Virus record (IMG/VR): IMGVR_UViG_3300043411_001575
Location: 96,001 to 160,000 of that record
Source: a virus
Reading direction: 5' to 3' (one strand)
Length of the DNA: 64,000 nt
Of this stretch, positions 8,751-17,978 are shown piece after piece; the stretch's first letter is position 1; each line of letters starts with the position of its first letter. Under the pieces are notes generated by a model. The model was not told the origin of the DNA. It made no database searches and saw only the letters and a program-made list of their open reading frames with translations. Both the position numbers and the translations under genes were made by a program.

Positions 8751-9545
8751 ATGAGTAATAAAATAGATTTAGATAAATATTATACACCATTGGATAAAGC
8801 TAAATATTGTATTGACAAGGTGTATGAAATTATCGGAGAGAATAATATAAGCGAAGCTATTGAACCAAGCGCAGGTAACGGTAGTTTTAGCTTACAAGTG
8901 CCGACTACTTGTTGGGCTTATGATATTGAACCTGAACACGAAAGTATTATAAAGCAAGATTTCTTGACGTTGGATGTTGATTATCTTTATGGTAGGTTAA
9001 TAATTGGAAACCCACCATTCGGCAGTAGAATGAATTTAGCACAAAAATTTTTCAAAAAAAGTATTGAATTAGGTGACTATGTTGCATTTATATTACCAAT
9101 TAGTCAATTGTGGAATACTAACAGTTTATTTGAATTTGATTTGATTCATAGTGAAGATTTAGGTAAAGTAAAATATAGTGATAGAGATTTACATTGTTGC
9201 TTTAACATTTATAAAAGACCTGAAATTGGATTGAATAACAGACCAAAAAACAAACTAAACTCTGTTAGTATAACAAGACAGGATAGCAAAGGATATGATA
9301 CTATCAATGATTTTGATATAAGAATGTGTTATTGGGGAAATGGGAGTGCTGGAAAAATACTAAAAGAAGGTGAAACTTATAGTGCGGAATACAAGATAAA
9401 AGTAAATGATGAATTTAGAAAAGACGTAATAGATGTTCTTTCTAATATTAATTGGTTTGATGAACTGAATTGTATTGCTATGTTAAAAATTCAACAATTT
9501 CACATAATCAATGTACTGAAAAAGTATGTGCCAAACATTGATTAA
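8751..9545 (+). CDS. N6-adenine DNA methyltransferase, gamma class, cassette 13
   Basis: YYTP, motif I EPSAGNGSF before motif IV GNPPFG. Confidence 0.88.
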   Translation: MSNKIDLDKYYTPLDKAKYCIDKVYEIIGENNISEAIEPSAGNGSFSLQVPTTCWAYDIEPEHESIIKQDFLTLDVDYLYGRLIIGNPPFGSRMNLAQKFFKKSIELGDYVAFILPISQLWNTNSLFEFDLIHSEDLGKVKYSDRDLHCCFNIYKRPEIGLNNRPKNKLNSVSITRQDSKGYDTINDFDIRMCYWGNGSAGKILKEGETYSAEYKIKVNDEFRKDVIDVLSNINWFDELNCIAMLKIQQFHIINVLKKYVPNID

Positions 9546-9568
9546 TAGCACTAACGTAGTATTACTGC

Positions 9569-9693
9569 TAACGGTTACGGCTTTGTGCAGTGTGGGAAAT
9601 TGAAAAACAAAATTTGAATTATGCAGAAAAGTTTATTTGAAAACGAAATGTTGAATATAGTACAAAAGCCCACATTGCACAAAGCCGATGTTA
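9569..9693. repeat. attC-like hairpin H13, contains the start codon of the next gene
   Basis: CGGCTTTGTGCAGTGTGGG / CCCACATTGCACAAAGCCG. Confidence 0.9.
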
Positions 9694-10424
9694 GCCGCAG
9701 TACATTCTATCAGGGTGATTGTCTTGTGGAAATGGATAAGATTTCCGATAAAAGTGTGGATATGATTTTATGTGATTTGCCTTATGGAACAACAGCTTGC
9801 AAATGGGATAGTGTCATTCCTTTTGAGCCACTTTGGAAGCAATATGAAAGGATTATAAAAGATAACGGGGCAATAGTTTTGACAGCTTCGCAACCATTTA
9901 CAACAATATTAATAAGCAGCAATATAAAGTTATTCAGGTATGAATTAATTTGGCAAAAGGATAAGGCAAGTGGGTTTTTAAATGCTAATAAAATACCATT
10001 GAAAGCACACGAAAACGTTTTAGTATTTTACAAAAAGTTACCTACATATAATCCGCAAAAAACCATTGGTGGGCTGCAAAGGAAAAGGACAAGGAAAAAA
10101 CCAACGCATGAGGTTTTAGGTAAAACTGGTGTAAATGAAAAACACGTTATTTGGCAAGATAACACAAGATACCCTATAAGTGTTTTAGAATTTGATGTAG
10201 ATACTATTAACCACAGTTTGCACCCTACTCAAAAACCAATAGCATTAATGGAATATTTAATAAAAACCTACACCAACGAAGGAGAAACAGTTTTAGATAA
10301 CTGTATGGGTTCAGGAACAACTGGTGTGGCTTGTAAAAAAACAGGTAGGCACTTTATCGGAATAGAAAAGGATGAAAAGTATTTTGAAATTGCCGTTAGC
10401 AGGGTGTCTGCGTATTGCGGCTAA
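9621..10424 (+). CDS. DNA methyltransferase, beta class, cassette 14
   Basis: GDCL, DLPY, HPTQKP, DNCMGSGTT. Confidence 0.9.
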   Translation: MQKSLFENEMLNIVQKPTLHKADVSRSTFYQGDCLVEMDKISDKSVDMILCDLPYGTTACKWDSVIPFEPLWKQYERIIKDNGAIVLTASQPFTTILISSNIKLFRYELIWQKDKASGFLNANKIPLKAHENVLVFYKKLPTYNPQKTIGGLQRKRTRKKPTHEVLGKTGVNEKHVIWQDNTRYPISVLEFDVDTINHSLHPTQKPIALMEYLIKTYTNEGETVLDNCMGSGTTGVACKKTGRHFIGIEKDEKYFEIAVSRVSAYCG

Positions 10425-10536
10425 CGTTTTGCAGATAGGCGTTGTTGCCTCACAAATGATTGATTGAAACACTAAATTTAATAATATGGGAAATGATAAT
10501 TTAAAAACGGAAAGCAATAACGCCAATGTGCTGTTA
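10422..10536. repeat. attC-like hairpin H14, contains the start codon of the next gene
   Basis: GGCGTTGTTGC / GCAATAACGCC. Confidence 0.8.
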
Positions 10537-10827
10537 GGTGCTGGGTTTGTTTACTTGGTAGAATGTTCATCAGGAAGTTGGGATAGTTACCATTGGTGGG
10601 TTGGAGGAATATTTGAAAAGCAAGAAGATGCTGATAAATATGCACAAAGCTTGAATGATGAAAACAAACGATTAAAAGAGGTTGAATGCTCAATAAAAAC
10701 ACCATTTGAAGATATGACTGATGAAGAAGAAACGGAGTATTACAGGTGGTGGAATGGTAACAATGATGCTATGGAATGGAATGGTGCTAAAGTTAAGCAG
10801 TACCCCATAAACAAACCTTGCACCTAA
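10486..10827 (+). CDS. hypothetical protein, cassette 15
   Basis: ORF fills the cassette; stop codon in TAAC. Confidence 0.75.
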   Translation: MGNDNLKTESNNANVLLGAGFVYLVECSSGSWDSYHWWVGGIFEKQEDADKYAQSLNDENKRLKEVECSIKTPFEDMTDEEETEYYRWWNGNNDAMEWNGAKVKQYPINKPCT

Positions 10828-10912
10828 CGATTGGGTGTATGAGAAGGTTTGCTTAGATGAACTTTTAAATTTACACAGAATTTTATAGCAAACTTTCTTA
10901 TACACCTTGTTA
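10825..10912. repeat. attC-like hairpin H15
   Basis: GGTGTATGAGAAGGTTTGCT / AGCAAACTTTCTTATACACC. Confidence 0.88.
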
Positions 10913-10975
10913 TGTACAGGCACGGTAAATTACCGATGAACTTAATTAAATGAACGAAACTAATAATTTTTAAAA

Positions 10976-11716
10976 ATGTGGGATGGCAAATATGCTTTTG
11001 AAAAAAGCAAAATAATACAAGGAGATAGTTTGGATAAAATAAAATATATACCTAATGGCAGTATTGACTTAATTGTAACTGACCCACCGTATAAAATGAC
11101 GAAACAAGGTAATTCTTGCAGACCAAATTATATGAAAAGTGGAATGGGTGAAAACTTATTTGATGGTGAATTACCAAATACAAAAGAATGGATGAAACTT
11201 TGTTTTGATAAACTAAAAGACGATGCCCATTTCTATGTATTTACCAATATAAATAGTTTGCACGAATACCTTGATGTTGCAAAAGAATGTGGATTTAAAC
11301 TACATAATATTATAAGTATGATTAAAGATACCAAAATGCCTAATAGATGGTATTTAAAATACACTGAATTTGTATTGTTTTTTAGAAAAGGTAAAGCGTT
11401 TCCAATAAACGATATGACAAGTAGAGATTATGAATTTGTTGAAACACCAACATTAAAAAATGGCAAAATACATATATCACAAAAACCATTGAATTTTATT
11501 GAAAAACTAATAACAAATTCATCAAATGAAGGTGAAATATGTTTGGATTTATTTAGTGGAAGCGGAACACTTGCAGAAGCCTGTATAAATACAAATAGAG
11601 ATTTCATTATTATAGAGAAAAACCCAAATGACTTTGAAAAAGGCAAAGAAAGGGTGGGAAAAATTTTTAAAAATTATGGAATTAACATACAACCTTTAAT
11701 CGAAGCACAAATGTAG
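10976..11716 (+). CDS. DNA methyltransferase, beta class, cassette 16
   Basis: TDPPY, HISQKP, DLFSGSGT. Confidence 0.92.
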   Translation: MWDGKYAFEKSKIIQGDSLDKIKYIPNGSIDLIVTDPPYKMTKQGNSCRPNYMKSGMGENLFDGELPNTKEWMKLCFDKLKDDAHFYVFTNINSLHEYLDVAKECGFKLHNIISMIKDTKMPNRWYLKYTEFVLFFRKGKAFPINDMTSRDYEFVETPTLKNGKIHISQKPLNFIEKLITNSSNEGEICLDLFSGSGTLAEACINTNRDFIIIEKNPNDFEKGKERVGKIFKNYGINIQPLIEAQM

Positions 11717-11726
11717 TGCTTGTACA

Positions 11727-11813
11727 TAACGTTTTCGGGCTTGGCGAAGGTGGGCTTGTAGGATGCTCAATTTTAGCACAATGTGTCTGCCCACTTTTGC
11801 CAAACCCGTGTTA
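11727..11813. repeat. attC-like hairpin H16
   Basis: TTGGCGAAGGTGGGC / GCCCACTTTTGCCAA. Confidence 0.88.
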
Positions 11814-11910
11814 TATGAAGTGCCGACTTATTAAGCAGAATTTTAAATTGAAACTATAAACAGAAAAACAAAAAAGAAAAAAAGCGTAGGGAATTTTAAA
11901 AACAAACAAT

Positions 11911-12177
11911 ATGGAAAAGAATTTTATTGAAAAAGCAGAAAAAGAAATTGGTAGAAAATTTGGTTTTTTCATCAGATGTGATGATAAAAACAAACCAACA
12001 GAAGTATTAACCGATATGTACTTTGAACTATGGGAAACAGAAAAGATGAACGAGATTTTATCTTTATGCGAAACACATAATCTTAAATACGATTTTGGTT
12101 TAGAAAGTTTTGATACCAAAATAGATGCTATTGAACAAGAAATATGTATTGTTTCAACTAATTGCGAAAATTCATAA
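11911..12177 (+). CDS. hypothetical protein, cassette 17
   Basis: ORF 1 nt upstream of the MTase ATG. Confidence 0.65.
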   Translation: MEKNFIEKAEKEIGRKFGFFIRCDDKNKPTEVLTDMYFELWETEKMNEILSLCETHNLKYDFGLESFDTKIDAIEQEICIVSTNCENS

Positions 12178-12178
12178 A

Positions 12179-12922
12179 ATGGAAGCAAATACGATTTACA
12201 AAGGCGATTGCTTTGAACTTATAAAGCAAATAACAAAAGCAGATAACGTCAAACTTATTATTACAGACCCACCATATTTACATAATAAAGGAGGTGGGAA
12301 AACATCGGGAACAGAGGGTAAAAGTTCAATAGCTAATAGCCCTATGTATAAATTCGATTCATTTATGATGGAAGATATGAGTTCTTTTTTAGAGGAAGAT
12401 GTTTATAATCTATTAGATGAATATAAAAGAATAATGACAAAATTAAACTGCTTTATATTTACTAATGACACTTTGATACCGTATTATACAATGTGGGCAG
12501 TTAAAAACAATAAAAAGTTTACAATTTTAACTTGGGAAAAACCATTGTCGATTTTAAACAGAAATAGATTTAGTCAGAATTTAGAATATGTTGTGAGGAT
12601 TTACGACAATGGAACTGCACTTAATTTAATAGATTTAGAAGCATATCCCGAAAAGAAAAACTACTACTCAAAAAACAGAAGGTTAAATTCGCCTACAAAT
12701 AAGATACACCCAACCCAAAAACCATTAGAATATCTACTTGGATTGATTGAGTTAAATACAAATGAAGGCGATTTAGTATTAGATACGTTTTTTGGTAGTG
12801 GACAAACAGGTAAGGCTTGTCAGATTTTAAATAGAAATTATATCGGTTTTGAAAGAGAAGAAAAGTATGTTGAATTATCAAATAAATATTTACAACAAGG
12901 ATTTGAAAAAACACTATTTTAA
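12179..12922 (+). CDS. DNA methyltransferase, beta class, cassette 17
   Basis: TDPPY, HPTQKP, DTFFGSG. Confidence 0.92.
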   Translation: MEANTIYKGDCFELIKQITKADNVKLIITDPPYLHNKGGGKTSGTEGKSSIANSPMYKFDSFMMEDMSSFLEEDVYNLLDEYKRIMTKLNCFIFTNDTLIPYYTMWAVKNNKKFTILTWEKPLSILNRNRFSQNLEYVVRIYDNGTALNLIDLEAYPEKKNYYSKNRRLNSPTNKIHPTQKPLEYLLGLIELNTNEGDLVLDTFFGSGQTGKACQILNRNYIGFEREEKYVELSNKYLQQGFEKTLF

Positions 12923-12997
12923 AAGTGTGGTGGCTTTTTTCTTTTTGTTTTTCATTAACGGAACTTCAATTGGAAACGGTCAGCAAGGCATTTCATA

Positions 12998-13117
12998 TAA
13001 CGTTCGAGGGCTTGGCGAAGTGGCTGAACCTGAAGCTAAATAGAATTACTAAACTTAAAAATTAAGAACGAATGATTGATATAATTACTGAACAGCCATT
13101 TTGCCAAACCCGTGTTA
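12998..13117. repeat. attC-like hairpin H17, contains start codon
   Basis: near-identical to H8. Confidence 0.9.
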
Positions 13118-13881
13118 GTGGCAGTACTTTTGTGAATGCTGATTGCTTTGATGTTTTTCCTTTTATCGAGGATAAATCAATTGATGCTATTATTTGCGAT
13201 TTGCCCTATGGAACAACTCAATGTAAATGGGATAGCATTATTAATTTAGATTTGATGTGGACGCAATACAACAGAATAATAAAAGATAACGGCATTTTTA
13301 TATTATTTGCAGATGAGCCTTTTACAAGCATATTAATAAATAGTAACATTAAAAATTTTAAGCAAAGAATAACTTGGGATAAACAAATAGCAGGAGGTCA
13401 TTTAAACGCTAAAAAAATGCTATTGAAAAGAACTGAGGATATATGCTTATTTTCAAATGTTAAAAATGGAAAATATACATACAATCCTATTTTAAAAGAT
13501 AAGGATTTTAAAAACATAAGAGATAGAAACGGAGAAAACAGAAAAGAGTTTAAAGGCGGTTATGTAGGGAAACACAATAGTACGTTGAGTAAAGAGCATA
13601 ACAATAAAAAAAGTTACCCAGATAATTTAATTTCCTTTTCAGCAAGAAAAGGCGATTGTAACCCTATAAATAGATTACACCCAACACAAAAACCACTTGA
13701 ATTGATGGAATATCTTATAAAAACCTATACTAATGAGGGCGATTTGGTTTTAGATAACACAATGGGTTCTGGAACAACAATTTTAGCTGCTATAAAAAAT
13801 AATAGAATTGGTATAGGAATTGAAAAGGAAAAACAATATTATGATGTCGCTGTTCGTAGGGCTTCGGAGTATTGCCACTAA
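13072..13881 (+). CDS. DNA methyltransferase, beta class, cassette 18
   Basis: DLPY, HPTQKP, DNTMGSGTT. Confidence 0.9.
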   Translation: MIDIITEQPFCQTRVSGSTFVNADCFDVFPFIEDKSIDAIICDLPYGTTQCKWDSIINLDLMWTQYNRIIKDNGIFILFADEPFTSILINSNIKNFKQRITWDKQIAGGHLNAKKMLLKRTEDICLFSNVKNGKYTYNPILKDKDFKNIRDRNGENRKEFKGGYVGKHNSTLSKEHNNKKSYPDNLISFSARKGDCNPINRLHPTQKPLELMEYLIKTYTNEGDLVLDNTMGSGTTILAAIKNNRIGIGIEKEKQYYDVAVRRASEYCH

Positions 13882-13998
13882 CGTTATCGGGCTTGGCGAA
13901 GTGGCTGAACCCGAAGCTAAATAGAATTACTAAACTTAAAAATTAAAAACGAATGTCAAATAGAATTACAGAACAGCCATTTTGCCAAACCAGTGTTA
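13879..13998. repeat. attC-like hairpin H18, contains start codon
   Basis: H8 family. Confidence 0.9.
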
Positions 13999-14711
13999 GT
14001 GGCAGTACTTTTGTAAATGCTGATTGCTTTGATGTTTTTCCTTTTATTGAGGACAAATCAATTGATGCTATTATTTGCGATTTGCCTTATGGAACTACTG
14101 CTTGTAAGTGGGATACAATTATACCATTTGAGCCGCTATGGGAGCAGTACAAGCGAGTGATTAAACCTAATGGTGCGATAGTGCTGTTTAGCAAAGAGCC
14201 ATTTACGTGCATATTGAGAACAAGTGAAATTAAAATTTTTAAGCAACCTCTTATTTGGGATAAGGTTAATTCAGATAACCCTATGCAGGCAAAAAGAAGA
14301 CATCTAAACACTACGGAGGATATTTCTATCTTTTACAAATCTCAATGTACTTATAACCCACAAGGTCTTATAAAGTCAAATATAAAAAAGGGAGGGAAGC
14401 AAGGGATAATGATTGATAGTAGTGGTAAGGAAAAAGAACAATATATTCAAGAGAATACCAATTATCCGAAAAATATATTAGTGTACCCGATAGAAAGAAA
14501 GGCGGTTCATCCAACTCAAAAACCCGAAGCACTCCTGCAATACTTAGTCAAAACCTACACTAACGAAGGCGATATAGTCTTAGATAACTGTATGGGTTCA
14601 GGTACAACAAATCTTGCTTGTTTAAAATTAAATCGCAAATCAATTGGAATAGAAAAGGAAAAACAATATTACGATGTCGCTGTTCGTAGGGCTTCTGAGT
14701 ATTGCCACTAA
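13953..14711 (+). CDS. DNA methyltransferase, beta class, cassette 19
   Basis: DLPY, HPTQKP, DNCMGSGTT. Confidence 0.9.
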   Translation: MSNRITEQPFCQTSVSGSTFVNADCFDVFPFIEDKSIDAIICDLPYGTTACKWDTIIPFEPLWEQYKRVIKPNGAIVLFSKEPFTCILRTSEIKIFKQPLIWDKVNSDNPMQAKRRHLNTTEDISIFYKSQCTYNPQGLIKSNIKKGGKQGIMIDSSGKEKEQYIQENTNYPKNILVYPIERKAVHPTQKPEALLQYLVKTYTNEGDIVLDNCMGSGTTNLACLKLNRKSIGIEKEKQYYDVAVRRASEYCH

Positions 14712-14765
14712 CGGTATCCGTATAAGGGAAGTGCGAGGAACGAGCATTTACTTTATACGGTGTTA
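14709..14765. repeat. attC-like hairpin H19 (shortest, 57 bp)
   Basis: CCGTATAAGG / CTTTATACGG. Confidence 0.85.
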
Positions 14766-14856
14766 GCAAAGTGCGTTGGGATTGTGTGTCGGCTCGTTCC
14801 AAAACCATTTATTTTCTTTTTTTTGGGGAGGTTTTGAAAACTTTTTTACTAAAATA

Positions 14857-14887
14857 CTTGCTAAATGACAATTTATATTTATCTTTG
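14857..14887 (+). promoter_or_regulatory. Bacteroidota-type promoter in cassette 20
   Basis: CTTG-N19-TATCTTTG. Confidence 0.6.
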
Positions 14888-14918
14888 AACCATATTAATA
14901 ATCTAAAAACAAAACAAA

Positions 14919-15230
14919 ATGATTTACAAAAAAACACACTATGATAAAAAGGCTTTAAACAGCCACGTTTCAAAAATAAAAGATGCAGGAGGAAATGCAA
15001 TAGTAGATGGATTATCGGTTAGATATTTCTATCCATCCAATACCATTGGTGAAATTAGATTAAAGCATAAGAGTTGGAAGAAAACAGAAAGACAAGAAGT
15101 TTTGTTTATTGTTTTAGTTTCTGAAAAAGATAAAACGCCATACTATTCAGCAATGTATTTCCCGAAATGGGTTGAAATAGGAGGTGTTTATGGAAACAAA
15201 AATGACATAACAATAATCGAAAAGTTTTAA
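14919..15230 (+). CDS. hypothetical protein, cassette 20
   Basis: ORF after promoter. Confidence 0.7.
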   Translation: MIYKKTHYDKKALNSHVSKIKDAGGNAIVDGLSVRYFYPSNTIGEIRLKHKSWKKTERQEVLFIVLVSEKDKTPYYSAMYFPKWVEIGGVYGNKNDITIIEKF

Positions 15231-15232
15231 CT

Positions 15233-15388
15233 ATGAAACTGTCTGTAACAGAATATGCAAAACAGCTTGGCGTAACTCGTCAAGCCGTTTTGTTACAAAT
15301 TAAAGAAAAAAGGTTGCCTAAAAATGTGAAGGTTGAAAAAATCGGAAATACTTATTCTTTAACTGTGGGTGGGCAAAAAAGAAAATAA
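15233..15388 (+). CDS. small HTH DNA-binding protein (51 aa, not in ORF track), cassette 20
   Basis: MKLSVTEYAKQLGVTRQAVLLQIKEKRLP, paralog of 7422-7607. Confidence 0.75.
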   Translation: MKLSVTEYAKQLGVTRQAVLLQIKEKRLPKNVKVEKIGNTYSLTVGGQKRK

Positions 15389-15407
15389 ATGGTTTTGGAA
15401 TGTTTGC

Positions 15408-15497
15408 TAACGTATGGTGCTATGAGCAGGTTTGCCTTGCAGAAATGTTCAAATTTAGCACTAATGTTATTGGCAAACTTGCTTATAGCACGTGTTA
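15408..15497. repeat. attC-like hairpin H20
   Basis: GTGCTATGAGCAGGTTTGCC / GGCAAACTTGCTTATAGCAC. Confidence 0.88.
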
Positions 15498-15533
15498 GCG
15501 GTAGTTTATTTTTCAAAAATTAAAATTAAAAAT

Positions 15534-15992
15534 ATGGGAACACAAGTAGTAGGAGAAAGTAACAGCGTTGAGTATAGCACTCCGTTGAAAATAGTACAGC
15601 CATTGATAAACGAATTTGGCTTAACAAGAGATGTTTGTGCAAGTGAATTAAACCACAAACTACCCGATTATTGGACAAAAGAAGATAATTCACTTGCTAT
15701 GAATTGGAAAGGTAATTGTTGGATGAACCCACCATTTAGCAGAGATTTGAATAAGTGGGTAAAGAAAGCGTGTAATGATGCTGAAAGGTTTGGAGGAACG
15801 AAAGTTTGTTTAATACCTGTAAGAAGCAATACAAAATGGTGGGCGGAAGTTTGTGTAAAAGCAGAAATTCGTTTTATCAATGGCGAAGTAAATTTTAATG
15901 ATGAAGAACGTGGACTTTGGTTGCCGATGTGTATTATCATTTTCGGTGAGAAGGCAAAGGTTGGCACGTTCTCTGTCTTAAATTACCGCTAA
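15534..15992 (+). CDS. phage Dam-like N6-adenine methyltransferase, cassette 21
   Basis: YSTP, DVCAS, WMNPPFS, LIPVRSNTKWW, EIRFI. Confidence 0.88.
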   Translation: MGTQVVGESNSVEYSTPLKIVQPLINEFGLTRDVCASELNHKLPDYWTKEDNSLAMNWKGNCWMNPPFSRDLNKWVKKACNDAERFGGTKVCLIPVRSNTKWWAEVCVKAEIRFINGEVNFNDEERGLWLPMCIIIFGEKAKVGTFSVLNYR

Positions 15993-16062
15993 CGTTTTGC
16001 AGCTAACAGAAGGCGGCTTTTTAGCAAACTTAGTACTTGCCGCTTTTTGTTAGCTGCTGTTA
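15990..16062. repeat. attC-like hairpin H21
   Basis: GCAGCTAACAGAAGGCGGC / GCCGCTTTTTGTTAGCTGC. Confidence 0.88.
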
Positions 16063-16120
16063 GTGGACTGTTAAATTATTAAAAAAGAAAAAAGGAGGGG
16101 TGCGAGGGCATCTAAACATA

Positions 16121-16957
16121 ATGGACAAGAAGAAACTTTTAATTGCTTTTAGTGGTGGAGAAACATCTGCATTTATGGCTCAATGGTTATGGAAACATAA
16201 ACAAGGTGAATACGAAATGTTATTTGCTTTTGCTAATACTGGGGTTGAGAATGAAGAAACTTTAAACTTTGTGCATAAATGCGAAGTTGAATTTGGTATA
16301 AATGTTAATTGGTTGGAAGCAGTAATAGACCAAGAGAAAGGGAAAGGCACAAGGCATAAGATTGTTGATTACAAAACAGCAAGTAGAAACGGACAACCAT
16401 TTGAGGAACTGATAAAGAAATACGGTTTACCAAACCAACAGCGATTTCACTGCACAAGGGAGTTAAAAAATAATACATTGATTTCATTTGCAAAAAGTAT
16501 TTGGGGAAAGGAAAAGTATTATTTAGCAATAGGAATTAGAGTAGATGAATTTGATAGGATGAATGATAAATTTAAAGAGTTGAGAATTGTTTATCCGTTA
16601 ATTTCAGAAATTCCAATGACAAAGCCAAAGATTAATTTTTGGTGGAAACAACAACCGTTTAGATTAGAATTAAAAGGTTATCAAGGGAATTGTGTTACTT
16701 GCTACAAAAAAAGTGATAAAAAATTGTTTCAGATAGCTAAAGAAAATCCAAGTGCATTTGATTTCTTTGATAGAATGGAAGAACAATATGGAGAAGGTAA
16801 GTATCAATTTTTTAGGCAGAACCGAACAGCTAAACAAATTATGGAACAAGCTAAAGAATGGAATGGCAATGTAACCGATGACGCACAAAATGTTACAATA
16901 CAAACAGATTTATTTAGCGAAAGTTGTGAAGCATTTACAAGCGATTGCGGTGTTTAA
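16121..16957 (+). CDS. PAPS reductase-like (adenine nucleotide alpha hydrolase fold) protein, cassette 22
   Basis: PP-loop FSGGETSA, FANTG, CTRELK, IGIRVDE, YPL, NCVTC. Confidence 0.85.
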   Translation: MDKKKLLIAFSGGETSAFMAQWLWKHKQGEYEMLFAFANTGVENEETLNFVHKCEVEFGINVNWLEAVIDQEKGKGTRHKIVDYKTASRNGQPFEELIKKYGLPNQQRFHCTRELKNNTLISFAKSIWGKEKYYLAIGIRVDEFDRMNDKFKELRIVYPLISEIPMTKPKINFWWKQQPFRLELKGYQGNCVTCYKKSDKKLFQIAKENPSAFDFFDRMEEQYGEGKYQFFRQNRTAKQIMEQAKEWNGNVTDDAQNVTIQTDLFSESCEAFTSDCGV

Positions 16958-17026
16958 CCTTTTCACAGTTTTGAAAAAACTGAAAGAGTGCGTGGGCTTT
17001 TTCTTTTTTAATAATTTAATTGCCAC

Positions 17027-17152
17027 TAACGGTTCGCAGGTATATTTAGTTGCGGACTTAGTAACACAAAACTTTAAATTTAGAAGAAATGAAGAAAGAA
17101 GAACAAAACTCGAATGAACCACAAAAACCGCAATTGAATATACCTGCTGTTA
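17027..17152. repeat. attC-like hairpin H22, contains start codon
   Basis: GCAGGTATATTTAGTTGCGG / CCGCAATTGAATATACCTGC. Confidence 0.9.
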
Positions 17153-17445
17153 GTTGCAGTGTTGTTCATTGCAAGAAAGCACCTTATGATGTTTATATTG
17201 GAAGACCAAGCAAATGGGGTAATCCATTCACACACATAAAAGACGGTAAAACACTTGCAAAACATATTGTAGGTAGTAGAGATGAAGCAGTCGAAGCATA
17301 TCTTGAATGGATTACCAACGGAGAAGGTAAACATTTGATGAGTGATTTACACGAATTGAAAGATAAGGTGCTTGGTTGTTGGTGTCATCCACAATCTTGT
17401 CACGGAGATGTACTTTCGGAGTTGGTTGCTAAACATTGCAACTAA
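17089..17445 (+). CDS. DUF4326-like protein, cassette 23
   Basis: VYIGRPSKWGNPF..LGCWCHPQSCHGDVL. Confidence 0.85.
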   Translation: MKKEEQNSNEPQKPQLNIPAVSCSVVHCKKAPYDVYIGRPSKWGNPFTHIKDGKTLAKHIVGSRDEAVEAYLEWITNGEGKHLMSDLHELKDKVLGCWCHPQSCHGDVLSELVAKHCN

Positions 17446-17567
17446 CGTTTTGCAGGTATATTTAGTGCCGAATTTAAAAACGAAAAATATGAATTTTATA
17501 CAAAAGTTATTTAAAAGCAGAAAGGTTAATGAACCGATGAACTCGGCATTGAATATACCTGTTGTTA
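17443..17567. repeat. attC-like hairpin H23, contains start codon
   Basis: CAGGTATATTTAGTGCCGA / TCGGCATTGAATATACCTG. Confidence 0.9.
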
Positions 17568-17791
17568 TACCTCGTTTATCTTCTGATTGGATAAAATTTG
17601 AGGATGAAAAACCACCACACGAAGTAGTATTAGCTGCTTGCGATACTTATGATTGTGGATGGACTATGGATACTGTTTGGTGGTATGAAGATAAGCAATG
17701 TTGGATGGTTACTGGTGCAGTTAAAAGTACAGAAGCACATTTACCATACACACATTGGCGTAAATTACCACCATTTCCAAATGAGGTATAA
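17489..17791 (+). CDS. DUF551-like protein, cassette 24
   Basis: WIKFEDEKPP..VLA..THWRKLPPFP. Confidence 0.75.
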   Translation: MNFIQKLFKSRKVNEPMNSALNIPVVIPRLSSDWIKFEDEKPPHEVVLAACDTYDCGWTMDTVWWYEDKQCWMVTGAVKSTEAHLPYTHWRKLPPFPNEV

Positions 17792-17914
17792 CGTATTGGT
17801 GCTATACGAAGGAGGCGATTATTAGCACTAAATTTGATGCGGAGTACAAATGTTTGTTTAACCACAAATGTTTCTGCGGAGTACCAAACCGCCTCTTTTG
17901 TATAGCACGTGTTA
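17789..17914. repeat. attC-like hairpin H24
   Basis: GTGCTATACGAAGGAGGCG / CGCCTCTTTTGTATAGCAC. Confidence 0.88.
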
Positions 17915-17978
17915 TACGCTGGCACGGTTGATTAAACGAGAAACTTAAATTGAAACACAAAACAAAATTTTTATTAAA

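Noticed and set aside
1822-17488. Track start codons at 1822, 2543, 3433, 12125, 15492, 16100, 17372
   Set aside because: Downstream ATGs with A-rich leaders fit family N-termini and promoter positions better
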